A DNA stretch of 63,076 nucleotides, the filler included, from Welwitschia mirabilis (Eukaryota), in the NCBI GenBank assembly GCA_051453625.1. It is 3 parts of one record of this genome, joined end to end, with 100 filler letters (N's around TTAATTAATTAA, not from the genome) between each part and the next. Parts side by side here need not be neighbours in the genome. Positions count along the whole stretch, not along the records: positions 24,163 to 48,575 come from JBOZIK010000001.1; positions 48,676 to 63,076 come from JBOZIK010000001.1; 1 more part is not named here. One strand, written 5' to 3'. The first letter of the stretch is position 1, and every line of letters begins with the position of its first letter. Below are positions 38,101 through 49,950 of the stretch, piece after piece. The position numbers and the translations under genes are program-made. The notes under the pieces were generated by a model. That model saw nothing but the letters and a program-made list of their open reading frames with translations. It had not been told where the DNA came from and ran no database searches.

Positions 38101-41100
38101 AAGGGAAAGAATGGTTTTCTAAGATTTTTATATCCTCTTATTTATCATTTTTGTCACTTTATGATGTTAAAGCCTCATGAATGGAGGGTCTTATATCATT
38201 TTCAATTCTTTTCACTACTTTTCAATCATTTTATAATTTATTTGGATTTGATAAAGGTTGAGTGGTAAGCGAGCCTTATGGTCTTTGATTGGCAAGAATA
38301 GTTTATTATAGGATGCTCACAAGGTTTTAAATGTTGGTATTTATCCTTTTAATATTTTAGTTTGTATTTTCTTGTGATTTGCTTAACTCCTTAATAAAAT
38401 TCCTAAGAGGATCACTTTGGTTTTGGGAGTTGGAAGAGCTTGCTAAGTTGTTTGGGTTATTGGATTAAAATTTTATGTTCTTAAAAGTTTAAAAGTTAGG
38501 ATGATTTTTTTAATAATTTCTAAAGTTGAATATTTACTAATCGTAGGTTAAAAGTTCTTATGATTTTGATTTTATCTTTGATTTTTATTTTGGTTGTAGT
38601 TTGAAGAACTCTTATTAAAAGAAAAACCTTTCTCATAAATTCTTTCTTTGTAAGTTGAAAACAAAAGATATTCTTTGGTAAATGATAACTATCCTCATAC
38701 AAATCATAGATATTAACTACAACTTCACTCTTTTTGATTGCCAACTTAGCATTAAGATTCATTTATGTGTATTTTTCTAAGATTGATGTAAAATCTTGTA
38801 TGATATTGATTGATTCATTTTTTGTTCTTATTTCATTTTCCCCATGTTTTACCTACTTTATATTTTTAATGATTTAGCCTACTATTTAGTTTTCTATAAG
38901 TAAGGGTTTAGTCTATGTTTTACTCACTCCTATCAAATCTTCCAATACCTTTTAAGCATCATTTAAGCTTTGGTTTAATAAGTTACCTCCACATGAAAAA
39001 TTTACAAGTTGCTTTGTATAAGTATTTAACCCATTATAAAAAAAAAATTACCAAGTTCTACCTATGAAAAGATATCTATAGGATTTGAATGTAAAGCAAC
39101 AAAGAATCTCTCATGGGTAAAGGCATAATCTTTATTAGAAATTTTTTAGAAGTTACTAATTTCTTTCTTATATTTTCAGATGATGGTTTCATTCATAAAT
39201 CTTTTGATAAGAGATTTTTGAACTTAACTCTAAGATTTTAAACTTTTATGAAGAATCTTTCTAAGCCATAGTTTTGCTTTATCTTTTAAAGTGATGCGAA
39301 ATATGATCATGTAGGTTCTATTACTTATGCATTTCTTACCATTTTCAAAAGTGAGGACTAACTATTTTATATCGGTAATGTGTTATAAAAGATCTTCATC
39401 TAATTCACTATTAATGGTAAGATATGCATTTAGGTTACATAGTTTAACATCATCATCAGGAGGTAAGTCAAATGGAGTTGGGATTTCATGTTTCTTATTT
39501 TCTATAAAATCTCTAAAGGTAACATGAACATTGGTATGAGCAAGAGTGGTTATAGGGGGTTTCAATGATAAGGGGTGGATTTTTTGATATAAGTTACTTT
39601 TACTTTTGTGATGATGTAGACATGGTTGAGAATGAAGAGCTCTTATTTAAACAATTTTCTATAGAAAATTAAATCTATAGAAATGAAAGTAGAAATTGTA
39701 AGAAATTATAAATCTTGCATACCTTTGCTATTTTTACCTATTTCAATTTTCATATCTATCAAATCTTCTTAGATATTTTTAGTAATAAATAATCACTCTC
39801 TCTATTATTTTTCTTTTTTACTAGATCCTATAATATAAACTCAGTTTCAGATGCATAGAGTATTATCTCTATAGTCGTCTAAACAATATCCTAAATGATA
39901 GAAACATAGAAACCATGAAAAGAAAAAAATTAGAAATAAAAGAGACTATCATCCACCTAAGTCGTCTAGATGATAGAGGGGATGATGGGAAATATCCTAA
40001 AAATTTTGATGGAAAATTGTCACTACACTTTATCTAGACAATGAAGTGAATGTTTAACTTTTTGTTACAGAATAGAAAATAATTTTTTTTTGAAAATAGA
40101 AAAACTAATACTACAAAAAGAAAAAACCTATGATAATATAGATACTGGTATAATGCTGCTATAGGTAAGCATCCAAAGTAAATACTCACCAGAGTAATAA
40201 CAACTCTTAAACTTCAAGAAGACTTTCCTGATAATGGCACCAAGATGTTGTGGCGCATATTTATGTAACATTTATGTCTTGAGTAGAATCTTGTTAATCA
40301 TGAATATAATACACAAATGCAACATAGTAATATAGATAAGAGTGACCCAAATGTCATAATCTGTTGAAGGCCAAAGTAGGAAACAAGAGAGTTGCTTTTA
40401 ATAAAGAAATACTTGCACACTAATCTATAGAAATAACTTACAATGCATGAAAGCAAAATATAACACACTCATGTAAAGCTAATCTAGGAAAAGGAAATAA
40501 TAATTTAATTAACTTAAATTAACTAAGCACAATTGTAATAANNNNNNNNNNNNNNNNNNNNNNNNNNNNNNNNNNNNNNNNNNNNNNNNNNNNNNNNNNN
40601 NNNNNNNNNNNNNNNNNNNNNNNNNNNNNNNNNNNNNNNNNAACACACTCATGTAAAGCTAATCTAGGAAAAGGAAATAAAAATTTAATTAACTTAAATT
40701 AACTAAGCACAATTGTAATAAAATTTTCCCTCATAACCTATATCACTAGAGAAACTATTACTAGATTAGAAGTAATATATGCTATGAGGATAAGAAACAA
40801 TAACACATTGAAATCAGAAAAAGGAAATGTTTTGTATTAATCAAACCACATCTATTTTATAAATTAGTCATATCTGAATGGAGAAAATGCCACCAAAAAT
40901 CAAAAAAACATCTCTCTAAAACTGCAAGAAAGGATCTCTAGCTCTTCAATCTCCTATCATAAGAATTTCAAGTGTAAACGAAGTCAAGCAATAGTTAAGC
41001 ATGGGATATCTACTTATTAACTCATATACATAAGAACAAAGATAGAAAGACATGAGTAAACCATAACGGCCACATAAGAAGACATGGAAAATATATGTGG

Positions 41101-41429
41101 TAGAATTTAAGTAAATGTTCAGTATAGACATTACAATAATGTCATCCAACTAGTCATCTAACTAATAGAGAAGATGATGCAACATCATAAACAATCCACA
41201 TTAGCTACTAAATAGACTACAATCAACATCTAGTTGGCATGGATGTCTATACAATCATCTAGATGATCAGGTGAATGATGGCCTTTGATAATTCTTTAAT
41301 CATTACATCAGTCTCAATGTTTTACAAGAAGTTTTCTTCAGAAATGTAAAGTATTCATATTTGTTTAGAATATTATAAATTATCATGGAGATCGCATGTT
41401 TCCATTATTTTCATCTTAGCTCATCATTA
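35120..41429 (-). mobile_element. Decayed Athila-like Ty3/gypsy element (5' LTR 40246-41429, PBS, gag, PR, RT, start of RNaseH; 3'-truncated)
   Basis: PBS TGGTGCCATTATCAGGAAA at 40242-40224; gag ORFs 39383-39565 and 38520-38762; RT ORF 35565-35750. Confidence 0.88.
35150..36120 (-). pseudogene. Gypsy RT and RNaseH-start remnant
   Basis: MTFTSPFGTFTSKCMSFGLCNAPNTFQYAIMGIFYNMLEDSINIFMDAFS; ..APLLMGPN*ELDFKII.DSS near 35200. Confidence 0.88.
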
Positions 41430-41529
41430 NNNNNNNNNNNNNNNNNNNNNNNNNNNNNNNNNNNNNNNNNNNNNNNNNNNNNNNNNNNNNNNNNNNNNNN
41501 NNNNNNNNNNNNNNNNNNNNNNNNNNNNN

Positions 41530-42892
41530 GGGGGGTGGGGGGGGAAAGGGAAAAGAGAGAGAGAAGGAGAAATAGGACCATGATGTTTTATATATAAGAT
41601 ATCTTCAAATCATGATAACCATAATGTCATACTATAAGTACACTAGGGAAAATTTTGCAAAGAAGAGCCTTTGGTGGTATAATATGGTAGCTATGAAACT
41701 TTACTAGGAGGTCAATGGGTCATCCTTTGTAATTCCTTACTTCTTTGACTATGATTGCACTTTTCTTATCATGGATAGTAAAATAATAAAAACTTTGATG
41801 TAGGATCATTGATGTTCTTAATATCATTAGAGGCATTTCTTGTTTTCTAGACTCTTAATCTTTTCACATGATCATTTCGTTTCTAAAGACTAGGTGTTTA
41901 TTTTAAAATGTAAGTAGGTGAGTTTATTTTTGAGCAACTCTTTGATCTTATCACGTATTCTTTAAAGCATTTAATTTTTAGCATCATCATGCCACTGCCT
42001 TATAGAATGGAACTTTACAAAATTGTACATTTAGTCATGCATTTTAAATTAAGTGATGTTATGATTTCTTCCATGAAAATCTGCTAGGGTAGAATTTAGG
42101 GTAGGTATGCTATCTTATTTATATTCCTTATGTCCATTTTTTTATTTTCTTTTATTGTTTAGTTAGTTATTTCAAAGTCATTTTGGTATTTTTTTATCAT
42201 TTTAGGATCTTAACATTTAATAATTTACTTGCTTAGTTCTCAATAAAGAGCTGATTTCTTGATTAAATAAGTTTCTTTGTAGATTTTGCGATATTCATTT
42301 TCAATTTTTTTGAGTTCTACACACTGTTCATAATCATTTTTGTCAAGGCACATTTGTTGGACACTCATGAATATGCTTCATCACAATTAACACATTTTCA
42401 TATTTATTAGAATCTTTTCTAAATCTTTATTTTTCAAATCTAACATTTTTGCACTAAGTTTTACACTTTATTTATAAATTGTTAAAATTTAAAAAGAATA
42501 CCCATCATTTACCTTCTTATTCAAAAATACCCACTTTTGTCTAATTTCTTTGTTTCATTAACCAATATGGACATATTATCTTTCTTTAGGAAGGGTACAA
42601 CTCATCTTCATAATTTTTACGTTTCCACTCCATACACATTATACGCTACATTTTATTCTACTATATGATATGTTTGAGACTATGTATGAGCCTATTTTAT
42701 AAATTTTAAATTGATTTTTTTAAGACAATTTAGCTTGTAATTATATTTTTTCACATGGTTTTATCAGGGATTAATAAGACTAAGTGAGGGATTATGATGT
42801 GCCATCAAATTGTATTTATTTTATGGAGTATCATGAGCTATTTTGCAGGACATTTATATAAGATTAGATGTAATTCTAAGGATTATAGAGAG
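41530..42892 (+). mobile_element. Gypsy 3' UTR, PPT (42781-42794) and first ~100 bp of a 3' LTR (42795-42892)
   Basis: TAAGTGAGGGATTA-TGATGTG... 42795-42892 resembles 30510-30608. Confidence 0.75.
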
Positions 42893-43978
42893 TGTTTCGA
42901 TGCATATTTATGTAACATTTTTGTCTTAAGTAAAATCCTATTAATCACAAATAAAATGCATAAACACAACACACTAATATAGACGAGAGTAACCCAAATG
43001 TCATAATCCATTAAAGGTTAAAGTAGGAATAAGAGAGTTGCTTTCCATGAAAAATACTTGCACCTAATCTATAGAAATAACTTGTAATGCATGAAAGTAA
43101 TATAACAAACTCGTGCAAAGCTAATCTAGGCAAAGGAAATAATAATGCACTTAACCTAAACTAACCAAGCACAACGTTGACAAAGGTTTCTTTCATAACC
43201 TATATCAGTAAAGAAACTATCACTGGATTAGAAGCAACATAAGCTATGAAAGTGAGAAACAATCACACATTGAAATTATAAAAAGAAGAGTTTTATATTA
43301 ATTAAATCACATTTTTGTTACAAAGTATCCATATCTTAATGGAGGAAATGCTACCCAACACTAAGAAAATGTCTCTCTGTAACTACACTCTGGCCCTTCG
43401 ATCTCCTATCATAAGACTTTTAAGTGCAAATGAAGATAAGCAAAAGTCGAGGATGAGATCTTTATTTATTAACTCAAACACACAATAATAAAGACAGAAA
43501 GACATGGATAAAATATAATGGTCATGCAAGGGAAAAATAGAAAATGCAAGTGGCAAAAGTTAGGTGAATTTTCAATAAAGGAATTACAACAATGTCATTC
43601 AGCTAGTTATCTAAATGATAGAAGAGACAATGCCACCTCATAATTAATCCACATTAGCTATCAGATAGACTACAATCAGCATGCTAGTTCATACTCTTTA
43701 CACAGTCATTCATATAGACATCTGAATAATGAAGTGGATGATGGCCTTTGTTATTTCTTTAATTATTAGATCAAATTCAATGTTTGCAAGAAGTTATCTT
43801 TAAAAATGTAAAGTATTCAGATTTGTTTAGAATATTGTAAATTATCATGGAGATTGTGTGTTTTCATCTTTTTTATCTCAACTCTTTATTATCATGGAAA
43901 TCAAGCATTTACCTATCTATTTACTTACAAAACCACTTAAAATACCCTATCAAATATGCATAAGTTAGCAGTGTAATA
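42893..43978 (-). repeat. Athila-like LTR (family B), right border of the nested block
   Basis: Full-length homologue of 28992-30066. The right flank CTTTA matches CTCTA to the left of 28992 at 4 of 5 positions. Confidence 0.88.
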
Positions 43979-43983
43979 CTTTA

Positions 43984-44480
43984 GTAATCTAACTACCAAG
44001 CTTGACCACATGGATGAAGTGTCTCCTTTATGTGCTTATGTTATGTACTACTATGATCAAAGAATTTAACTCAACTTACTACAACTAATTCTATAAAACA
44101 TGGATTCCTATACATCTATGGATTTAGCAATACTACCATATGGAGGCCTTACCACTAAGATGTATCATGATCAAGTAGCTATACCAAAGGTCAAAGATGA
44201 GATTTTAAAATTGTCAAATCCATTTGATAAGCCCTCTCTTATTCAGATGAGAATTATAAAAGGCATAGTTTTCATAGCCCTAGATTCTCCTCCTTCAAGG
44301 TAACTTAAGTACATGTGATATATTGAGTCCTTAAGGGGTACCTCCTTAATCAATAAGTGGTCCAATAAAATCTCATCTCAGTTATCTAAGATAAGGAAAG
44401 CTCTTATTGATTTTGAATTGGAGGTAGCATCTACTTCTTATAGTAGTAGTAATAGTGGAAATGTGATGGAATCTAGTTAA
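43984..44480 (+). pseudogene. ENV-like extra ORF, 3' part
   Basis: SNLTTKLDHMDEVSPLCAYVMY..LNLLQLIL*NMDSYTSMDLAILPYGGLTTKM. In frame with the part ending at 28991 once one TSD copy is removed. Confidence 0.7.
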
Positions 44481-44739
44481 TTATATCTTCATCCTTCTTT
44501 CTTTCTAGTATCCTCTTCTAATCTTTGTGTTTTTTCCCTTTATGTCTTTGTGTCCTTGTGTGTTGTACTTTTGTGCTTATCAATTTAAATTTGCTCTTAT
44601 GTATCTAAACTGATAAATATGTAAATCATATTTGTGTAATCTTTAATATAAAATCTATTATTTTCATTATGTATATTTGTTACTCTCCTATACACATGCT
44701 TTTCATGGGTATTTTTTTGTTCTATATGTTTTATTTTAG

Positions 44740-44918
44740 AATCAATGATGCCAAAAGGGGTAGTAATGCAAAGACTATATTAGTACAATGGTTGTATATT
44801 TATCTCATTCTAACAGGAATATTAAACTCAAGAGGAGCTAGTTATCAAACTTAGGGGGAAGTTACTTTTAACTGGTTATTCAGATTAATGGGGTTGTTAT
44901 TGTTGAAAAGGAGGATAT
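44740..44918 (+). promoter_or_regulatory. Sirevirus multi-PPT signature
   Basis: TGATGCCAAAAGGGG, CAAGAGGAG, TTAGGGGGAAG and TTGTTATTGTTGAAAAGGAGGATAT directly before the LTR. Confidence 0.75.
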
Positions 44919-46113
44919 TATAAGTATATGATTTTAATAATGCTAACAGGCATGAGATTCAAGAAAAATAATGATCATTGTTTATCACAGTCTAGCTAAG
45001 AAGCTAGCATTTATATGCAGATGTACCCAATTAAAACAGGATGGATGTTCTCTTTTCTTATGGGTAAATTGTATGTGTAATAGGTATCAAGCCTAGATGT
45101 TCCCACTTAAATGAGGTGGACATTTCCTTTCCTTATAGAAAACATGATTGATAGCTTTTAGAGGTGGATGTCCCTATTCCAAATAGGCTAGATGTCCCTT
45201 TAGATTTTTCCTAGTTTGTACCTATGGTAGATGTGGATGTCCATCCCTTTCAAGGGCATATGTCCTCACTCTTATAGTAGTGTGAAAATCTATACTACTT
45301 GAGAGTATATTTCCACCCATTTGGAAGTAAGGACATCTCCAATTCTTAATGTAGATGTCCCTCCTTCGAGCTATTGGAAAAATGTTCTTCTTTGAATGAA
45401 AGTGCAGTGATTTTCAATGGTTATTCTCTTTTGGTATGTCTTTTACTTACATTGAAAGTATGAATTTGATTGGAATATTAGATTAACATGAATTAGAATC
45501 ATTGTTTAGGATTGCTCTTTAATAGTTCTTTCTCCTTTCTCTATAAAAGGGGTAAAACTTGTTTTATTAGGGTTAACCTTTTTTTATGAACCTAAATATT
45601 TAGCATATATAGTTTTATGAAGATAACTCAAATATAATCTTAGATGATCTATTAAAGATTTGTGATCCTATCTTGTCTATTCATTCAAATTTCTTCCTAC
45701 ACCATTGCATCTATACTTGAGGCATGTTTCAGTGTTCTTCTATTCTTTTCATGGTTGAGTCTGAGTTGTTAAAAGACTTCAAATGTGAGAGGTTGATGAT
45801 AAGCCTGGGAAATCATTACTATTATGTCTAAGATTGATAATAAGCCAGAAAATCATTAGTCCAAGAGTGATAAGGGAACCAAGAAAGAGGACACCTTATC
45901 TTTCTTTGAAGAGTGGAGTAGGCAAATTGCCAAAATACTCTAAACCTTATGGACTGATTACTTTTCTATTTGGTAATTTTTCTCAAATTTAGTTTTTATT
46001 TACAAAGCTAATTAATTTCATTTTATAATTTGGCTTTATATTTAAAAATAATTAATACTCCTATTCATTCCCCTTCTAGGAATTTCATAAAAGTCAGAGA
46101 AGAAATCCTAGCA
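44919..46113 (+). repeat. 3' LTR of the ENV-bearing Sirevirus-like element
   Basis: Follows the PPT. Contains many GGATGTCC-like motifs and a TATAAAAGG box at about 45542. Ends CCTATTCATTCCCCTTCTAGG..AATCCTAGCA. Confidence 0.8.
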
Positions 46114-46813
46114 ACCCATATGGGCAAATGACCTATTATAGAGATAATTCTTTCTGTCTTTACAAAATATCTATTATCCTAAATGTTGTAAGAATAATAA
46201 TGGAGACATAACTCCACATCAAAAGGTATTCTATCAGCTTTAGATGCTGCATTCAACTTTGTAAACTTCATCTATATTAGTAGTGTTATTATCCTAACTG
46301 TAGTGGATATGATAGAGGGGACGATAGGTTTCTTCATTTTATAGCTTATGAAAAAATCAATCTTCTAAATGGTAAATACTTTCTTCGAAGTATAAAGTAT
46401 CAAAACAAGATTAAGATGCCTCTGAATATGTTAAAAATCACATGTTTCTATGATCAGCCTATTAGTTATTTATAATTATCAAAATTACATCTAAACATAT
46501 ATAACATCCTATAAAAGTACTCACAATACACCATAAATTCTTAGAGATTGATATCAAAAAATAGCCCTCTACTAACTAGCTTATCAGTCCTTAATGAAAT
46601 GAGTAATCAAATATATTGCAAGTCAATTTGATTAAGATAATCAATAACTAGAAAAATGTAATTTGAGTTTAATTTTACTATATAGAAATAAACATTAAAA
46701 AAATTAATCTGATACATATACTAATATTTTCTTAATCTTCCTACTTAAACACATCACCATTTAATGAATGAATGTAATACACATAAAAAAGTCATAAAAT
46801 GTAACAATGATAG
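46114..46813 (-). mobile_element. Gypsy LTR fragment with PPT and 3' UTR
   Basis: 46200-46560 is the reverse-complement homologue of 30510-30850, followed by TAGCCCTCTACTAAC..CTTATCAGTCC. Confidence 0.65.
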
Positions 46814-48430
46814 TGCTGCAGTATATATTTATGAAATGTTTATGTCCTGATTAGAATCCTGTTAACTACAAATAATATGCACAAACACAACACACTAATA
46901 TAGACGAGAGTGACTTAAATGTCGTAATCCATTAAAGGCCAAAGTATGAAAATAAGAGAGTTGCTTTCAAGATGAAAAATATGGTAATCCTAACCTACAG
47001 AAATAACTTGCAATGCATAAAAATGATAAAATACACTTGTGCAAAACTAATCTAGGAAATGAAATATACAATTCACCTAAACTAACTAAGCACAACCTTA
47101 ACAAGGTTGCCCTCATAATCTATATCACAAGAGAACTTATCACTAAATCTCAAGAAATATAAACTATGAGGGAGAAGATCTTTATATAAAAAGAAATGTT
47201 TATATTAAAATTCATACCACATTCATATTACAAAGTAGCCACACCTCAATGGAGGAAATATCACCCAACACCAAGGAAACATCTCTCTGACAATAAGATG
47301 ATTCTTCAGTTTCTCGATCTACTATCATAAGTATGTTAGGTACAATTGAAGATGATCAGGAGTTAAGGGGGAGACTTCTATTTATTAACTTAAAACATGA
47401 AATAAAACTGATAGAAAGGAATAGAAAAAACTCTAACCGCCCTATAGAAAGAAATCTGAATAGGTGGTAAAGTTTTGGTGAACATTCAGTGTGAGTATTA
47501 CAATTAGTATCATTCAGTTGGTTGTCCAGAAGATAAAAGAGATGATGTCTACTCATCGTTAAATCCTCATCTACTATCAGCCTGATAATCCATCAGACTT
47601 ATCATCATGCAATGGCATTATTGTCCGCCCTTTCGTCTGGACGATGAGGTAAATGATGGTCTTTTAATGGATCTTCCATCAATGCTTTAGCCTTATTGTT
47701 TGTAGGAAATTATCATCCAAAATACTAATTATTCGTATTCACCCAGAATGCTTGTAATTTATCTAGGAAATTGCATATTTCCATTCTTTTCATCCTGCTT
47801 CTACATTATCATGGAATTCAAGCATTTATTTGTCAATTTTCTTGCAAAATAACCCAGAATATTCTATCAAATCCACTTAGCCTTGTCAGTCCTTGATAAA
47901 ACCAGGCAGTAAACCTTATTTGTGAGCCAACTTATTAGATAATAAAAATAACTAAGATGCATAAATAAATTATCTCAAAAATATTTGAAAAATATTTCAG
48001 AGATAGACTAAATTTTTGAATAATTAAGAAGACTAAATAAAAATACCTATGAAGCATTAGATTTTAATCGTTCCACCAGTCATTTCAGATGATATAAGGG
48101 ATGACAGGCTTTGCAAAGGGTTTTTAAAATTGGAACTTGTGACAAAAATTGATTNNNNNNNNNNNNNNNNNNNNNNNNNNNNNNNNNNNNNNNNNNNNNN
48201 NNNNNNNNNNNNNNNNNNNNNNNNNNNNNNNNNNNNNNNNNNNNNNNNNNNNNNACAGGCTCTGCAAAGGGTTTTTAAAATTGGAACTTGTGACAAAAAT
48301 TGATTTTCTTAGTTAACTAATTAATCATGATAAATAGCCCTCCACTATGATAAATAGTTAATTATTAAGATTTAACCAAAAAATGCAATTCTCATCATAA
48401 AAATTGATAAATAATTATGTAAAAATAAGA
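46814..48430 (-). mobile_element. Athila-like family B LTR (about 46814-47872) plus 3' UTR
   Basis: Co-linear with 28992-30500. The LTR end and part of the PPT are deleted at about 47872. Confidence 0.78.
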
Positions 48431-48575
48431 CAGAAATAGTACACCATGATGAAACAAAATGATATGTCTATATAATAATAAGAGCTTTTATTACAAAAAG
48501 CGTAGAAGGGGAGATACAAAATATAATGTAAAAGGACTTCCCTCGTCTATGCATGATGAACTCTAGTTCAATAAT

Positions 48576-48675
48576 NNNNNNNNNNNNNNNNNNNNNNNNN
48601 NNNNNNNNNNNNNNNNNNNTTAATTAATTAANNNNNNNNNNNNNNNNNNNNNNNNNNNNNNNNNNNNNNNNNNNN
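48576..48675. other. Artificial scaffold linker N44-TTAATTAATTAA-N44
   Basis: The linker at 48620-48631 is centred in a 100-nt spacer. Confidence 0.95.
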
Positions 48676-49950
48676 GAGCATCAAGTTTTCAAGAATTTGA
48701 AGCCCTTCTCCAACAAGATTTAAAATGTAATGAAACTTGATATCAATATATTCAGTTCTTACATGCATTATAGGATTTTTAGATATTGCAATTGTTGAAG
48801 AACTATTACATAAAAAATGAATAGATTTATTAGAAAGAATCGTAAAATTCAAGAATAGTTTTTTAAAGAAATACCAATTATTAACTTGCTAAATGAATAG
48901 CCTTATATTTAGCCTTGATAGTAGATAATACAATATAGGAATGTTTCTTACTCAAGAGGAAAGACTACCATTAAAAAGAATTTCAAGCCTAGTGGTGTTC
49001 TTTTTAACATCAAGACCACTGATCCAATCTACATCAACATGATTAACAAACTGTAGATTATTATTAGATTCATAAAACAAGCCATAATTTGGTGTACAAT
49101 TTACATATCTCAAAATGTATTTAATAGAATCAAGATGTGGTTTCTTAGATAAAGGCATAAATATAAAACAAGATTAACTATAAATTGATTTTCAGGTCTT
49201 ATTGCTATTAAATACAAAAGACTTTCAATCATGAAATGGTTAGTATGCTCATCAAAAAGATCACTTTTCATGTCCTTATGAAGTTTAATATTTCTAGTAA
49301 GAGGAGTTAAAATTGGACCAGATCAGATTAATGCATTCTAATGTTTTTGAGCATATCAAAAGCATATTAACATTGATTTAAAAAAATACTAGTGGAAAGT
49401 TGATGGATTTGGATTTCAAGGTAATATAAGCATAATCTTACATCTATTATTTCAAATTCTTACATCACATTATTTTGGAATTTTCTAATAACATTTTTAA
49501 TTATGCCTTCAAAATAATGTCATTGACATAAATAAAGTTAAAAATAATTTAGAATTAGAGGGATTTTTATATAAAGTAGTTTCAGTAGAACATATTTTAT
49601 AAGCATGATTTTGCAAATAAGAGTCTAAATATGAAAATTAAGCTCTAGGATCCTATTTAATAAACAAAGAGTCTTATTAAGTAATAAAACAGAGTTCTCC
49701 TTACCTAGATGTGTGAAGCGTTCTAGATAGGATATATGTACTTCTTCAGGAATCTACTTCAAAAAGGTAGACTTAACATTCATTTTTCAAACTATCATTT
49801 GGATTTTAGAAGCATAAAAAATAAAAACACAAATAGATTTAACATGTATGACAAGAATATAGGTCTTATCATAGTTAATGTATGGCATCCTTATTTCTCT
49901 TATCCTAATAAAGTACTTTTTTTTTTTTTTACTTCCTTTCTTCTTTAATA
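48676..49950 (-). pseudogene. Ty1/copia RT-RNaseH remnant (appears distinct from the Sirevirus-like elements)
   Basis: HLDSIKYILRYVNCTPNYGLFY..HVDVDWISGLDVKKNTT; FLCNSSSTIAISKNPIMHVRTEYIDIKFHYI. Confidence 0.85.
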
